Assembly: GCA_038243585.1 (NCBI GenBank)
Contig: JBBSQY010000010.1
Coordinates: 1 to 64,000 of the forward strand
Direction of reading: 5' to 3'
Source of the DNA: Candidatus Sumerlaeales bacterium
GTDB taxonomy: Bacteria > Sumerlaeota > Sumerlaeia > Sumerlaeales > Sumerlaeaceae
Length of the DNA stretch: 64,000 bases
Below, piece after piece: positions 20,318 through 29,081 of the stretch. Position 1 is the first letter of the stretch. The number at the start of each line of letters is the position of its first letter. The translations under genes were made by a program, and so were the position numbers. The notes beneath the pieces are model-generated. The model was not told the DNA's origin, did not search any database, and saw nothing but the letters and a program-made list of their open reading frames with translations.

Positions 20318-20659
20318 ATGATAACCATACTTCGCATGGCGGGTCGCTTTTTTAAAACATGGTTTCTTTCATCGCCCGCCCATGACGCTTTTATAGCAGC
20401 CTCGACCTCCACCATCAAGGAAGAACCATCAGTACCAGAAGGCGAGCCTGAATCCGTCCGATCGATTGCCGAGAACATTGATGATGATGCTACTATGGCC
20501 ATAGACGAATCCACCGGTCAGGAACGTCGCCGCAACCGGGTGCCATCGGAGAGCCGGGCCATAGACTCATCTACCTTCAGCAATCTTGTAAAAGAACCGG
20601 AAGCCGATAACGAACGCATGAGCCGCGTGCGAAAATTTGATGATGAAACCGGCGGGTAG
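20318..20659 (+). CDS. hypothetical acidic protein
   Basis: ORF starts 2 nt after the waaA stop with a GAGG RBS; no recognised motif. Confidence 0.5.
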   Translation: MITILRMAGRFFKTWFLSSPAHDAFIAASTSTIKEEPSVPEGEPESVRSIAENIDDDATMAIDESTGQERRRNRVPSESRAIDSSTFSNLVKEPEADNERMSRVRKFDDETGG

Positions 20660-20758
20660 TAATGGTTGAGATGGCATTCGCAAAATAAGGACCGACTTTT
20701 CGTCCTCTGAACAGATTCCGAGTTAAACAATACAAAACTATAAGAAATAGCTAACAAA

Positions 20759-20971
20759 GCATCAGCAATTTAAGAGCCCTCAACAAGCTCGCGGAAGCGG
20801 GGTGAAAATCCCCCACGGCACACGCCGCTGTAACCGGTGACGATGTTCGCATAATAAAAATCCACTGGCCCATCAAGGCCGGGAAGGAAGCGAACAAAGG
20901 ACGACCCGGAAGTCAGAAGACGGAACTGCTCGATGCTCCCATATCAAAGGCTTCTCCGTGTGGAGAGAAGC
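20759..20971 (+). promoter_or_regulatory. cobalamin (B12) riboswitch with expression platform
   Basis: GCGGAA-GCGGGGTGAAAATCCCC-CACGG...CGCCGCTGTAA core; GTTCGC/GCGAAC stem; CCACTGGCC..GGCCGGGAAGG; B12 box GGAAGTCAGAAGAC; P1 GCATCAGCA/TGCTCGATGC; downstream hairpin 20950-20971 containing CCGTG, complementary to CACGG (kissing loop), next to the RBS. Confidence 0.9.
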
Positions 20972-20985
20972 GAAGGGTTCAAAAG

Positions 20986-21801
20986 ATGAAACGTAGCATT
21001 TTGCAGACGATTTCTTTAAAGAATTCGTTTGGTCGCGTTGCTATGGCTGCGGCATTCAATATTACAATTTTCGCCGCGGTCGCCCAGACATTTCCGGACT
21101 CCGTGAAGGCTTTCGTACCGGGAGCCAATTCCGGACACGGACAAGCCTTTTATCCGGCGAACGTACTTGGTCCGCCACGCGGCACATCGAATCCCCAGGT
21201 TCCAACCTTTTCCCAAGCTGACCTGCTTTCCCTCGGCACGGGTGGTGCCATTACGCTGGAGTTTTCCAGCAGCCGCATAATTGATAAACCCGGTCCCGAT
21301 TTTACGGTATTTGAAAACCCGGTGCAACCCTCTGGGCACCCGGAGCAGACCTATGCCGACACCGCCATTGTAGCGGTTTCAGATGATGGCATTGCATGGC
21401 ACACCTTCCCTTTTGACATGGTCAGTTCTGCTCCAAACAAGATAGCACTAAAAAGCAATTACGTTGGCTTCGCCGGAGTGCAACCGAGTCTCAGTTCACC
21501 AGAAAACGGCGTTTCACCTTTTGATCCGGCAGTAAGCGGCGGCGACCAGTTCGATCTGGCTGATTTAGGTCTGCCCCACGTTCGTTTTATCCGGATTACC
21601 GATTCGGGCGATGCTCGTCATTTACCCGCTTTTGATTTGCATGGTGACATCGTATATGACTACGGCAACGTTCTTGATCCCGACCCAACAGAACCTGAAA
21701 ATGGAATAGCCGCAGGGTTTGATCTTGATGCCGTCGCCGGGATAAACACAGAGCCGTGGTCGCCTAACTCCGGGGTCCCGCACTGGTTTTTGTATGACTA
21801 G
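20986..21801 (+). CDS. secreted/cell-surface protein under cobalamin riboswitch (putative B12-binding)
   Basis: Signal-like N-terminus ending AVA-Q; LSLGTGGAITLEF...DKPGPDFTVFEN, GGDQFDLADLGL..VRFIRITD and GFDLDAV motifs; C-terminus SGVPHWFLYD. Confidence 0.75.
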   Translation: MKRSILQTISLKNSFGRVAMAAAFNITIFAAVAQTFPDSVKAFVPGANSGHGQAFYPANVLGPPRGTSNPQVPTFSQADLLSLGTGGAITLEFSSSRIIDKPGPDFTVFENPVQPSGHPEQTYADTAIVAVSDDGIAWHTFPFDMVSSAPNKIALKSNYVGFAGVQPSLSSPENGVSPFDPAVSGGDQFDLADLGLPHVRFIRITDSGDARHLPAFDLHGDIVYDYGNVLDPDPTEPENGIAAGFDLDAVAGINTEPWSPNSGVPHWFLYD

Positions 21802-22444
21802 GGCGCCCAGTTATATACGCGCTTTTACCCTCATTGAGCTTCTCATTGTTGTCGCAATTATTGCCGTACTCGCCGTGATTGCAGTGCCTAACTTTTTAAT
21901 GGCGCAGCGCCGCGCAAATCAGGCGCGCTGCGCTACGAATCTAAAAGCCATCGCAGTGGCCCTTCAGACCTATAAAGTCGACATGAACAAATATCCACTC
22001 GCCGACGGAATCGCAGGCGAGGAGGAAAGCATGGCTGAGACCTTAATCGGAATGGGCCCAGCAGCCAACGGAAGCTGGGACGGTGTGCCGCGCATCCTGG
22101 TGCGTCTCGGTTACCTTGGATCTTCGACATACCTGTTTTGCCCTGAGTTCCGCAATCGCTTTCGCGGCGATCGGATGCAAAAATTTCGCTATGCTTACAA
22201 CAACAGCGCCGCCGACACCGGTGGAACAACCGGCGGAACCCATGACGTGGATCGCGACTCCGGTGACATTTGGTTCTGTCGATGCCTGTGGGTACCGGTA
22301 AAATATAGCTTCAAACCCGGCAGCAAAGACGTAAGTTTTCCCCACGGAGAGGACCGCACTTTGGAAAACGTTCTCTATTCCGACAGCCGAGTAACTCCCC
22401 GAGACGGACTTGACGACTACGAACAAGCCTATAATTTAAATTAA
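21794..22444 (+). CDS. prepilin-type N-terminal cleavage/methylation domain protein
   Basis: RA-FTLIELLIVVAIIAVLAVIAVPNF; C-terminal PHG..ENVLYSDSRV resembling H-X9-DG; 8-bp overlap with the upstream gene. Confidence 0.88.
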   Translation: MTRAPSYIRAFTLIELLIVVAIIAVLAVIAVPNFLMAQRRANQARCATNLKAIAVALQTYKVDMNKYPLADGIAGEEESMAETLIGMGPAANGSWDGVPRILVRLGYLGSSTYLFCPEFRNRFRGDRMQKFRYAYNNSAADTGGTTGGTHDVDRDSGDIWFCRCLWVPVKYSFKPGSKDVSFPHGEDRTLENVLYSDSRVTPRDGLDDYEQAYNLN

Positions 22445-22572
22445 AATGCGACCGAGACAAATCACTGAACTGGCATAAAACCGTTTACTTTCCAGCCCAT
22501 CATATGAAAACAGATTCAATCACTTAAACAGCAGCCGCTATCCTAATCCCAAACCGAACAAGGATACTAACC

Positions 22573-25500
22573 ATGTCGCGTCCTTCGAATCTCCAGCAAT
22601 CACGAACTTTTCCAGGATTGTTAACCGTTTCTGTTCTCACTATTGCGATTTGCTTGTCGGCGATTGGGCGCACCACAATGGCCGCCACCACCGCAGTTAA
22701 TCTTCGCTGCGAGTTGCGCGAGAACCCCGTCGGCGTTGACAGTCTTAGCCCGCGTCTTAACTGGCAAATCGCTTCCAACCTCGCCGACAATCCCGCCGGC
22801 CAATCCGCCTATCAGATTCTCGTCGCCACCAGGCAGGAGCTCCTCGCTCCTGAAAAGGCCGACCTTTGGGATAGCCAACGCCTAGAATCCAGCAGTACGC
22901 TTCAGATCCCTTACGAAGGCAAGCCGCTCAAGTCCAATCAGCAGGTTTGGTGGACGGTGCGCACATGGGACATTGACGACGCGCCATCACCGTGGGCAGC
23001 GCCTGCCCAATGGACAATGGGACTTCTCTCTCCCTCGGACTGGCAAGGCCAATGGATCGGCACTACACCCGCAGGTGGTGAAACAAAGCGGCCGATAGAA
23101 CAGGCTATGTGGATATGGTCGTCTGAAGCCCAGGATGCTTTGGATGAAGGAACCACCGCTGGTAAGCCCGCCTCAAGTGCCGTACGATATTTCAGGCTGC
23201 AATTTACGCCGCCTGCCAACGCAGATGTGGCAAAGGCCCGCATTTACATGGTCGCCGACAACAAGTCACAAATTTACCTTAATGGGCAACATCTCGGCAA
23301 TCACGACGACTGGAGTGTGTTGAAAACACTGGAGACGGGAAATCTCATAAAGGCCGGCGCTCCGAATTGGCTGAGCATCAAGGTAAGCAACTCCGGCTCA
23401 ACAGCCAACTCCGCCGGGCTTGCCGCTGTCGTCCAAATCCCTGTAGCCGATGGAAGTATCTTCAGCGAGTTTACCAACGACAAATGGGAAACCAGCCGCG
23501 CGCCCGACTCTGAAGGCTGGCCGGCGGCCCTGGCAAATGAAACTACAGAGACCGCACAGTGGGCACCAGCACGCATCCTCGGCAAATGGGGCATGGTGCC
23601 CTGGCACAAAGTGCGCAGCGGAACTCACCCGATCCTGCCGATCCTGCGTAAAGAATTTGCACTTGATAGACCCATCCGCCGGGCTCTTACCCACGTCTCA
23701 GGCCTGGGCCATTATGTACTTTCCATCAACGGCAAAAAAGTTGGCGACCATTTTCTCGATCCGGCATGGTCGCAATACAAAAAAACCGTCTACTACAACA
23801 CATTCGACGTAACGCCTTTCTTGAAGAATGATCTGAACGCCCTAGGAATCATGCTTGGCAAAGGGTTTTACAGCACGGCCGGAGATAGGCGAATCCATGG
23901 TTCATTTTCCGACCGCCCGCTTGCCCTCATGCTCCAGACAGACATTGAATTTGAAGACGGGACAACAACCAGGGTCGTCACAGACTCGTCCTGGAAATGG
24001 ACCAGCGGCCCCCTCACCCATAACAGCATCCTCGGCGGGTCGGACTACGACGCCAGACTGAATCCAGAAGGTTGGGACAAGCCCGGCTTCGATGATTCCC
24101 ATTGGCAATCGGCATTCAAAACGACCAACCCGGGAGGTGTCCTTAAAGCCGCGTTCGCTCCACCCATGCGACAATTCGAGAATTTCAAACCGGTCAGCAT
24201 TGAAGAGCCTGAGCCGGGAAATTTCGTGTATGACTTCGGCCAGAATGCAAGTGCATCTCCCCGCTTGAAGATTATAGGCCCGGCTGGTTCGACCATTAAA
24301 CTGACCTGGGCCGAGCAGCGGAAGGGACAGGATCCCAATTCAAATAACGGGAAAGGTGTCGTCGATCAATCCGGCATCGGGCACGGTTACGTAACCTACA
24401 CCCTAAGGGGCGACAACCAGGAAGAGGAATGGTTCAGCGAACTCTTCTATACCGGATATCAGTATCTCGGACTAACTGGCGGCGTGCCTGCAGGCTATCC
24501 AAACCCTGATGGAAAACCTGTTGTGACAGAACTTACTTCTGTTCATGTCCGCACAGATCAGCCGATAGTCGGCGCCTTCGCCACATCTAATCAAATGTAT
24601 AACCGCATTGATCAGATGGTGGATTGGGCCGTCCGCAGCAATCTCGGCCACGTGTTTACCGATTGCCCCACTCGCGAAAAACTGGGTTGGCTAGAAGTGC
24701 CGTGGCTCATGTGGGCATCCGTGGCGAGCCGCTACGACATTGGCGGTTACGGAGAGAAGATCGCCGGCGACATCCGCGACAGCCAGCTGACAAATGGTCA
24801 GATCCTTACAGTCGCGCCCAGCTATCCGGAATTCGGTGGCGGCTTCCACTATACACCAGAATGGGGTGCCGCGGGCGTTTTCGTTCCTTGGGATTTGTAC
24901 GAATGGTACAATGACCGCCGAGCGCTGGAACAGAATTACGAGATGATGCGTGGCTTTGTGGATTATATGGCCGCAACATCCGACAATCTCATTGCCGCTC
25001 CCGGCCTGGGCGACTGGTATGACTACATACCGGGCGAGCAACCTGGCGCGGCAAAGTACACGCCACCAGAGCTTAGCGCCACCGCAGTTTTCGCCGGATG
25101 CGCGGATATCGTATCCAGTTCCGCCGCTATACTTAAAAATCCTGCCGATCAGCAGAAATACGCAAAGCTAGCGTCTGAAATCAGGACGGCGTTCAACAAA
25201 AAGTTCCGGCAGGGTCCCGGTCAATATGCAAACAATGGCAGCCCGCAAACCGGTCATGCGATGGCGCTGGTATTTGACATCGTACCCCATGCGGAACGCG
25301 CTGCCGCGGCGCAGGCAATAGTCGATGACCTGGAAAAGCGAAACTGGCAGCAAACCTCCGGAGACGTTGGCTACCGCTTCTTACTTAACGCTCTCGCCCA
25401 AACAGGCCATTCCGACGCGATCTTTAAAATACTTAACCGCGACGAACTAGGCAGTTACGCCTACCTGGTCAACTCCGGATGGACATCTCTGCCGGAAGCG

Positions 25501-25911
25501 TGGAATGCGAATCCCACCAGCAGCATGAACCACTGTATGCTCGGCCACATCCAGGAATGGTTCAGCCAGCACCTCGTCGGGATCGCGCCAGCACCGGGAA
25601 GTGTCGGATTTGACACCATCGCAATCCAGCCCACTCCCGGCGAAGGAGTCACATCTGCCACCGGCACATTAGATTCTCCGCGCGGTAAGATTACCGTCAA
25701 CTGGGAACAAAAAGACGGCTATTTTACCTGCGACGTCACTATCCCGCCGAACTCAACGGGTCTTATTCGCCTGCCTGTGCCTACCGATGCAATCATAACT
25801 GAAGCAGGAAAACCCATAGAAGAAAACAAAAGCATCATACGCCTGTCCCGTGACGGGTACAGGGAAGTCTTTCGCGTTCCCAGCGGCAGATACCAGTTCA
25901 TTGCAAAGTAA
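22573..25911 (+). CDS. alpha-L-rhamnosidase (GH78), secreted
   Basis: Signal peptide; LRCE..NPVG, LWDS, LRKEF, GLGHY, YDAR, DFGQN, TDCPTREKLGW, GDWY and SMNHCMLG motifs. Confidence 0.9.
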   Translation: MSRPSNLQQSRTFPGLLTVSVLTIAICLSAIGRTTMAATTAVNLRCELRENPVGVDSLSPRLNWQIASNLADNPAGQSAYQILVATRQELLAPEKADLWDSQRLESSSTLQIPYEGKPLKSNQQVWWTVRTWDIDDAPSPWAAPAQWTMGLLSPSDWQGQWIGTTPAGGETKRPIEQAMWIWSSEAQDALDEGTTAGKPASSAVRYFRLQFTPPANADVAKARIYMVADNKSQIYLNGQHLGNHDDWSVLKTLETGNLIKAGAPNWLSIKVSNSGSTANSAGLAAVVQIPVADGSIFSEFTNDKWETSRAPDSEGWPAALANETTETAQWAPARILGKWGMVPWHKVRSGTHPILPILRKEFALDRPIRRALTHVSGLGHYVLSINGKKVGDHFLDPAWSQYKKTVYYNTFDVTPFLKNDLNALGIMLGKGFYSTAGDRRIHGSFSDRPLALMLQTDIEFEDGTTTRVVTDSSWKWTSGPLTHNSILGGSDYDARLNPEGWDKPGFDDSHWQSAFKTTNPGGVLKAAFAPPMRQFENFKPVSIEEPEPGNFVYDFGQNASASPRLKIIGPAGSTIKLTWAEQRKGQDPNSNNGKGVVDQSGIGHGYVTYTLRGDNQEEEWFSELFYTGYQYLGLTGGVPAGYPNPDGKPVVTELTSVHVRTDQPIVGAFATSNQMYNRIDQMVDWAVRSNLGHVFTDCPTREKLGWLEVPWLMWASVASRYDIGGYGEKIAGDIRDSQLTNGQILTVAPSYPEFGGGFHYTPEWGAAGVFVPWDLYEWYNDRRALEQNYEMMRGFVDYMAATSDNLIAAPGLGDWYDYIPGEQPGAAKYTPPELSATAVFAGCADIVSSSAAILKNPADQQKYAKLASEIRTAFNKKFRQGPGQYANNGSPQTGHAMALVFDIVPHAERAAAAQAIVDDLEKRNWQQTSGDVGYRFLLNALAQTGHSDAIFKILNRDELGSYAYLVNSGWTSLPEAWNANPTSSMNHCMLGHIQEWFSQHLVGIAPAPGSVGFDTIAIQPTPGEGVTSATGTLDSPRGKITVNWEQKDGYFTCDVTIPPNSTGLIRLPVPTDAIITEAGKPIEENKSIIRLSRDGYREVFRVPSGRYQFIAK

Positions 25912-25934
25912 AATTGGATTGCCATTTAAAATCA

Positions 25935-25964
25935 GAAGCCCAGGATAAACTCGTCCTGGGCTTC
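25935..25964. terminator. hairpin/terminator between convergent genes
   Basis: GAAGCCCAGGA-TAAACTCG-TCCTGGGCTTC 11-bp stem. Confidence 0.65.
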
Positions 25965-26000
25965 CTTATATTTTGCTTCGTTAAAATAATTGGAGACGCA

Positions 26001-26023
26001 CACAGGCGGGACGCCTATGCTAC
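26001..26023 (-). repeat. single GTAG-type REP-like palindrome
   Basis: Minus strand GTAG-CATAGGCG-TCC-CGCCTGTG: GTAG tetranucleotide followed by an imperfect hairpin. Confidence 0.55.
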
Positions 26024-26030
26024 TTCATAT

Positions 26031-26489
26031 TTACTTTTTCGAGTTCTTTATGCTTTCCGGCTCAGCGTCTGTTGCTACCATTAACCGGTTCCAGGTATTG
26101 ATCAACGTCACTGCCATCATGGCTTTCGCAAAGTCCTCTTCGCCAAGATGTTCCAGAACATCGTCGTAGATTTCATCGGGAACGCCTTCTTCAGAAATAA
26201 GGGTCATAGCGTCCGTAAGCGCTAAAACAGCCTTTTCCTTCTCTGTAAAAAACGGAGAGTCATGCCACGCCGTCAAGGTCATCAGGCGTTGATCGCTAAA
26301 GTTCAATTTACGAGCGTCTCCCACGTGCATGTCCAGGCAATAAACGCACCCGTTAAGTTGCGATGCACGCAGTTTTATAAGCTCCTGCAACGTCTTGTCC
26401 AGCCCGCTGTCATTTATAAACTTGCCCAACACTGTCAATGCTTTGTAGCCTTCCGGCAGAACCTCTTTAAACGATACGCGATGTTGCAT
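26031..26489 (-). CDS. carboxymuconolactone decarboxylase / AhpD-like protein
   Basis: ELIKLRASQLNGCVYCLDMH and INTWNR motifs; AAGGAG RBS. Confidence 0.9.
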   Translation of the reverse strand: MQHRVSFKEVLPEGYKALTVLGKFINDSGLDKTLQELIKLRASQLNGCVYCLDMHVGDARKLNFSDQRLMTLTAWHDSPFFTEKEKAVLALTDAMTLISEEGVPDEIYDDVLEHLGEEDFAKAMMAVTLINTWNRLMVATDAEPESIKNSKK

Positions 26490-26720
26490 GGAATATGGCT
26501 CCTTAGTTTAGAAATCTTTATACAGATGCTAGCTGATTGGCTGCGGTAAAATTCCCATCATGGGGGTCGTGAGAAATCGCTACTGTTGTGAATCAGGAAA
26601 AGGTAAAATAGATCCGCTTTTTTTACATTATCACCTTCTCAGCGTTCTCGCAACAAATCCCACCGCTCGTTGTAGCCAAGGGAAACCCAGTAAAAAACAC
26701 GAAAATCCACAGGAACTTCC

Positions 26721-28394
26721 ATGCCAGAATTCGTCTACAGCATTCACCGTCTCAACAAAAGCTACGGCCAGAAACAGATACTTAAAAACATCAATCTCTC
26801 CTTCTATCCCGGTGCGAAGATCGGCATCGTCGGCGATAACGGATCCGGGAAATCGACTCTGCTACGCATCATGGCAGGTACAGACAAAGACTTCGACGGC
26901 ACTGCTGAACCCATGAAGAACATTCGCGTGGGTTACGTACCCCAGGAACCCCGTCTGGACGAAACGAAAAATGTCCGCGAGAACCTGGAAATGGCTTTCG
27001 CTGAAACGGTTCGCCTGCTCAAAGAGTATGAAGAGATTGCCAACAGCATGGGCGAACTCGAAGGCGACGCCATGGACAAGGCGCTGGATAAAATGGCCAC
27101 CATGCAGGACAAGATTGAAGCGGTGGACGGCTGGAACCTCGACCAGAAGCTTGCCGTCGCCAGCAACGCCCTCGTGCTGCCTCCCGACGAAATGGACGTA
27201 ACGAAGCTCTCTGGCGGAGAGCGCCGCCGAATCGCCCTGGCGAAAGTTTTGCTTGAACAGCCGGACGTTCTTCTGCTGGACGAACCTACTAACCATCTGG
27301 ACGCGGAAACCATCGGCTGGCTTGAGCAGCAGCTCAAGGAATATGCCGGAACGGTCATCATTGTTACTCATGATCGTTACTTCCTCGACAACATTACCAA
27401 ATGGATTCTTGAACTGGACGCCGGATCCGGCATTCCGTTCGAGGGCAACTATTCCTCCTGGATCGAGCAGAAACTTGAACGGCTCACTCAGCAGGAAAAG
27501 AAAGCGTCTCCCCGCCGCAAGTCGCTGGAAAGCGAACTTAAGTGGATACGCATGAACACCGCTGAACACCAGGAACTCAGCCGCAACCGACTCTCGGATT
27601 TTGAGCGCCTCGTTGCCAAGGAACGTGCAGAGGGCGACGGTGAAGAATCCGGCTTCCGCATTGCTCCCGCCGAGCACCTGGGCGATCAGACCATCGAAGC
27701 GGACAAAGTCACCAAAGGCTATAACGATGTTGATCTCATTAAAGATCTGACATTTAATCTGCCCAAGGGTGCGGTCGTTGGAATCATCGGCCCCAACGGC
27801 ACCGGCAAGACGACCCTGTTCCGCATGATTACAGGTCAGGAACAGCCCGACAGCGGTGCTGTCACCGTCGGAAGCACCGTTCATCTGGCCCACGTCGATC
27901 AGCATCGCGACAGCCTCAACGGCGACAAATCCGTATACGACGAAATCAGCGAAGGTAAAGACGACATTGACTTCGGCAAGCGCACCATCCCCGCCCGCAG
28001 CTACGTGTCGCAGTTCAACTTTAAGGGTGGCGATCAGCAGAAGCTGGTTAAGAATCTGTCCGGCGGTGAACGCAACCGCGTCCATCTGGCCAAGCTTTTA
28101 AAGAGCGGCGGCAACGTAATCCTTCTCGATGAGCCCAGCAACGACCTGGACGTTAACTCCTTGCGAATGCTGGAAGACGCCATTTCCGGCTTTAGCGGCT
28201 GCGTCATGGTCATCAGCCATGATCGTTTCTTCCTGAACCGCGTCTGCACCCACACGCTGGCTTTCGAAGGCGAAGCAAACGTCCGCTGGTTTGACGGCAA
28301 CTACGAACAATACGAAGCATGGCGGAAGAAAGAATTCGGCGACGAAACCGGAAACCGGAGAGCCCGATACCGGAAGCTGCCTCGGGCGATCTAA
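26721..28394 (+). CDS. ettA: energy-dependent translational throttle protein EttA (ABC-F)
   Basis: LSFYPGAKIG, two ABC domains (GDNGSGKS/LSGGE/DEPTNHLD; GPNGTGKT/LSGGERNR), no TM segments, 557 aa. Confidence 0.92.
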   Translation: MPEFVYSIHRLNKSYGQKQILKNINLSFYPGAKIGIVGDNGSGKSTLLRIMAGTDKDFDGTAEPMKNIRVGYVPQEPRLDETKNVRENLEMAFAETVRLLKEYEEIANSMGELEGDAMDKALDKMATMQDKIEAVDGWNLDQKLAVASNALVLPPDEMDVTKLSGGERRRIALAKVLLEQPDVLLLDEPTNHLDAETIGWLEQQLKEYAGTVIIVTHDRYFLDNITKWILELDAGSGIPFEGNYSSWIEQKLERLTQQEKKASPRRKSLESELKWIRMNTAEHQELSRNRLSDFERLVAKERAEGDGEESGFRIAPAEHLGDQTIEADKVTKGYNDVDLIKDLTFNLPKGAVVGIIGPNGTGKTTLFRMITGQEQPDSGAVTVGSTVHLAHVDQHRDSLNGDKSVYDEISEGKDDIDFGKRTIPARSYVSQFNFKGGDQQKLVKNLSGGERNRVHLAKLLKSGGNVILLDEPSNDLDVNSLRMLEDAISGFSGCVMVISHDRFFLNRVCTHTLAFEGEANVRWFDGNYEQYEAWRKKEFGDETGNRRARYRKLPRAI

Positions 28395-28408
28395 ATACTA
28401 AAGCAATT

Positions 28409-28507
28409 TTAACGCAGAGACGCAGAGAATGGGAGGACGCAGAGAGCAGGTCGTGTAATCTCTGGTCCTCACTTTCAACCCTCTGCGTCTCCGCGACTCT
28501 GCGTTAA
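28409..28507. repeat. 99-bp palindromic intergenic element (REP/MITE-like)
   Basis: Terminal inverted repeats TTAACGCAGAG / CTCTGCGTTAA; three ACGCAGAG units on the left and three CTC(T/C)GCG units on the right. Confidence 0.75.
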
Positions 28508-28519
28508 GGTTTTTAAACG

Positions 28520-29029
28520 TTGAATTCTAACTTTACAGATCCCGCCGAACTTTTGGCCGTCGTAGATAAAAACGATAACGAAATCGGTTCCGAGCGCCGC
28601 GATATAATCCACCGCGACAACCTGCTCCATCGCGCCATCCATTTGTTCGTATTTCGCCATAACGGAGAACTCCTTCTCCAACAACGCAGCGCTAAAAAAG
28701 ACCGCTACCCGCTCCACTGGGAATGCGTAGGAGGCCACCTCGGTCCCGGTGAAACTTACGACGCCTGCGCAATCCGAGAAGGCGAAGAAGAACTTGGCAT
28801 TCATATAACCCAAGTCGAAAAAATCTGCAAACTACCTGCCAGCCCAGCCACCGACTACGAGTTTATTACAGTTTACCGAACAACAACAAATGCCACACCC
28901 AAGCCTAATCCCGACGAAATCATTGCCACCCAGTGGCAAAAACCAGCCCAGTGGCAAAAGGAAATTGAAGCAACCGCCCGCCAGTTCTCCCCCACCCTGC
29001 TCCACTCAATAATCAAAAGTGGATTATAA
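28520..29029 (+). CDS. NUDIX hydrolase, isopentenyl-diphosphate isomerase type 1-like
   Basis: LLHRAIHLF, LLLQQRS..K and GGHLGPGETYDACAIREGEEELGI Nudix box; TTG start. Confidence 0.8.
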   Translation: MNSNFTDPAELLAVVDKNDNEIGSERRDIIHRDNLLHRAIHLFVFRHNGELLLQQRSAKKDRYPLHWECVGGHLGPGETYDACAIREGEEELGIHITQVEKICKLPASPATDYEFITVYRTTTNATPKPNPDEIIATQWQKPAQWQKEIEATARQFSPTLLHSIIKSGL

Positions 29030-29081
29030 AACTAACGCTTTGCTTTTCCTTCGCGTTTTTTGCGCCTTAGCGTCAAAGTTT

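Noticed and set aside
26862..28085. 407-aa antisense ORF
   Set aside because: It lies entirely opposite ettA; it is a shadow frame caused by strong codon bias and has no motifs
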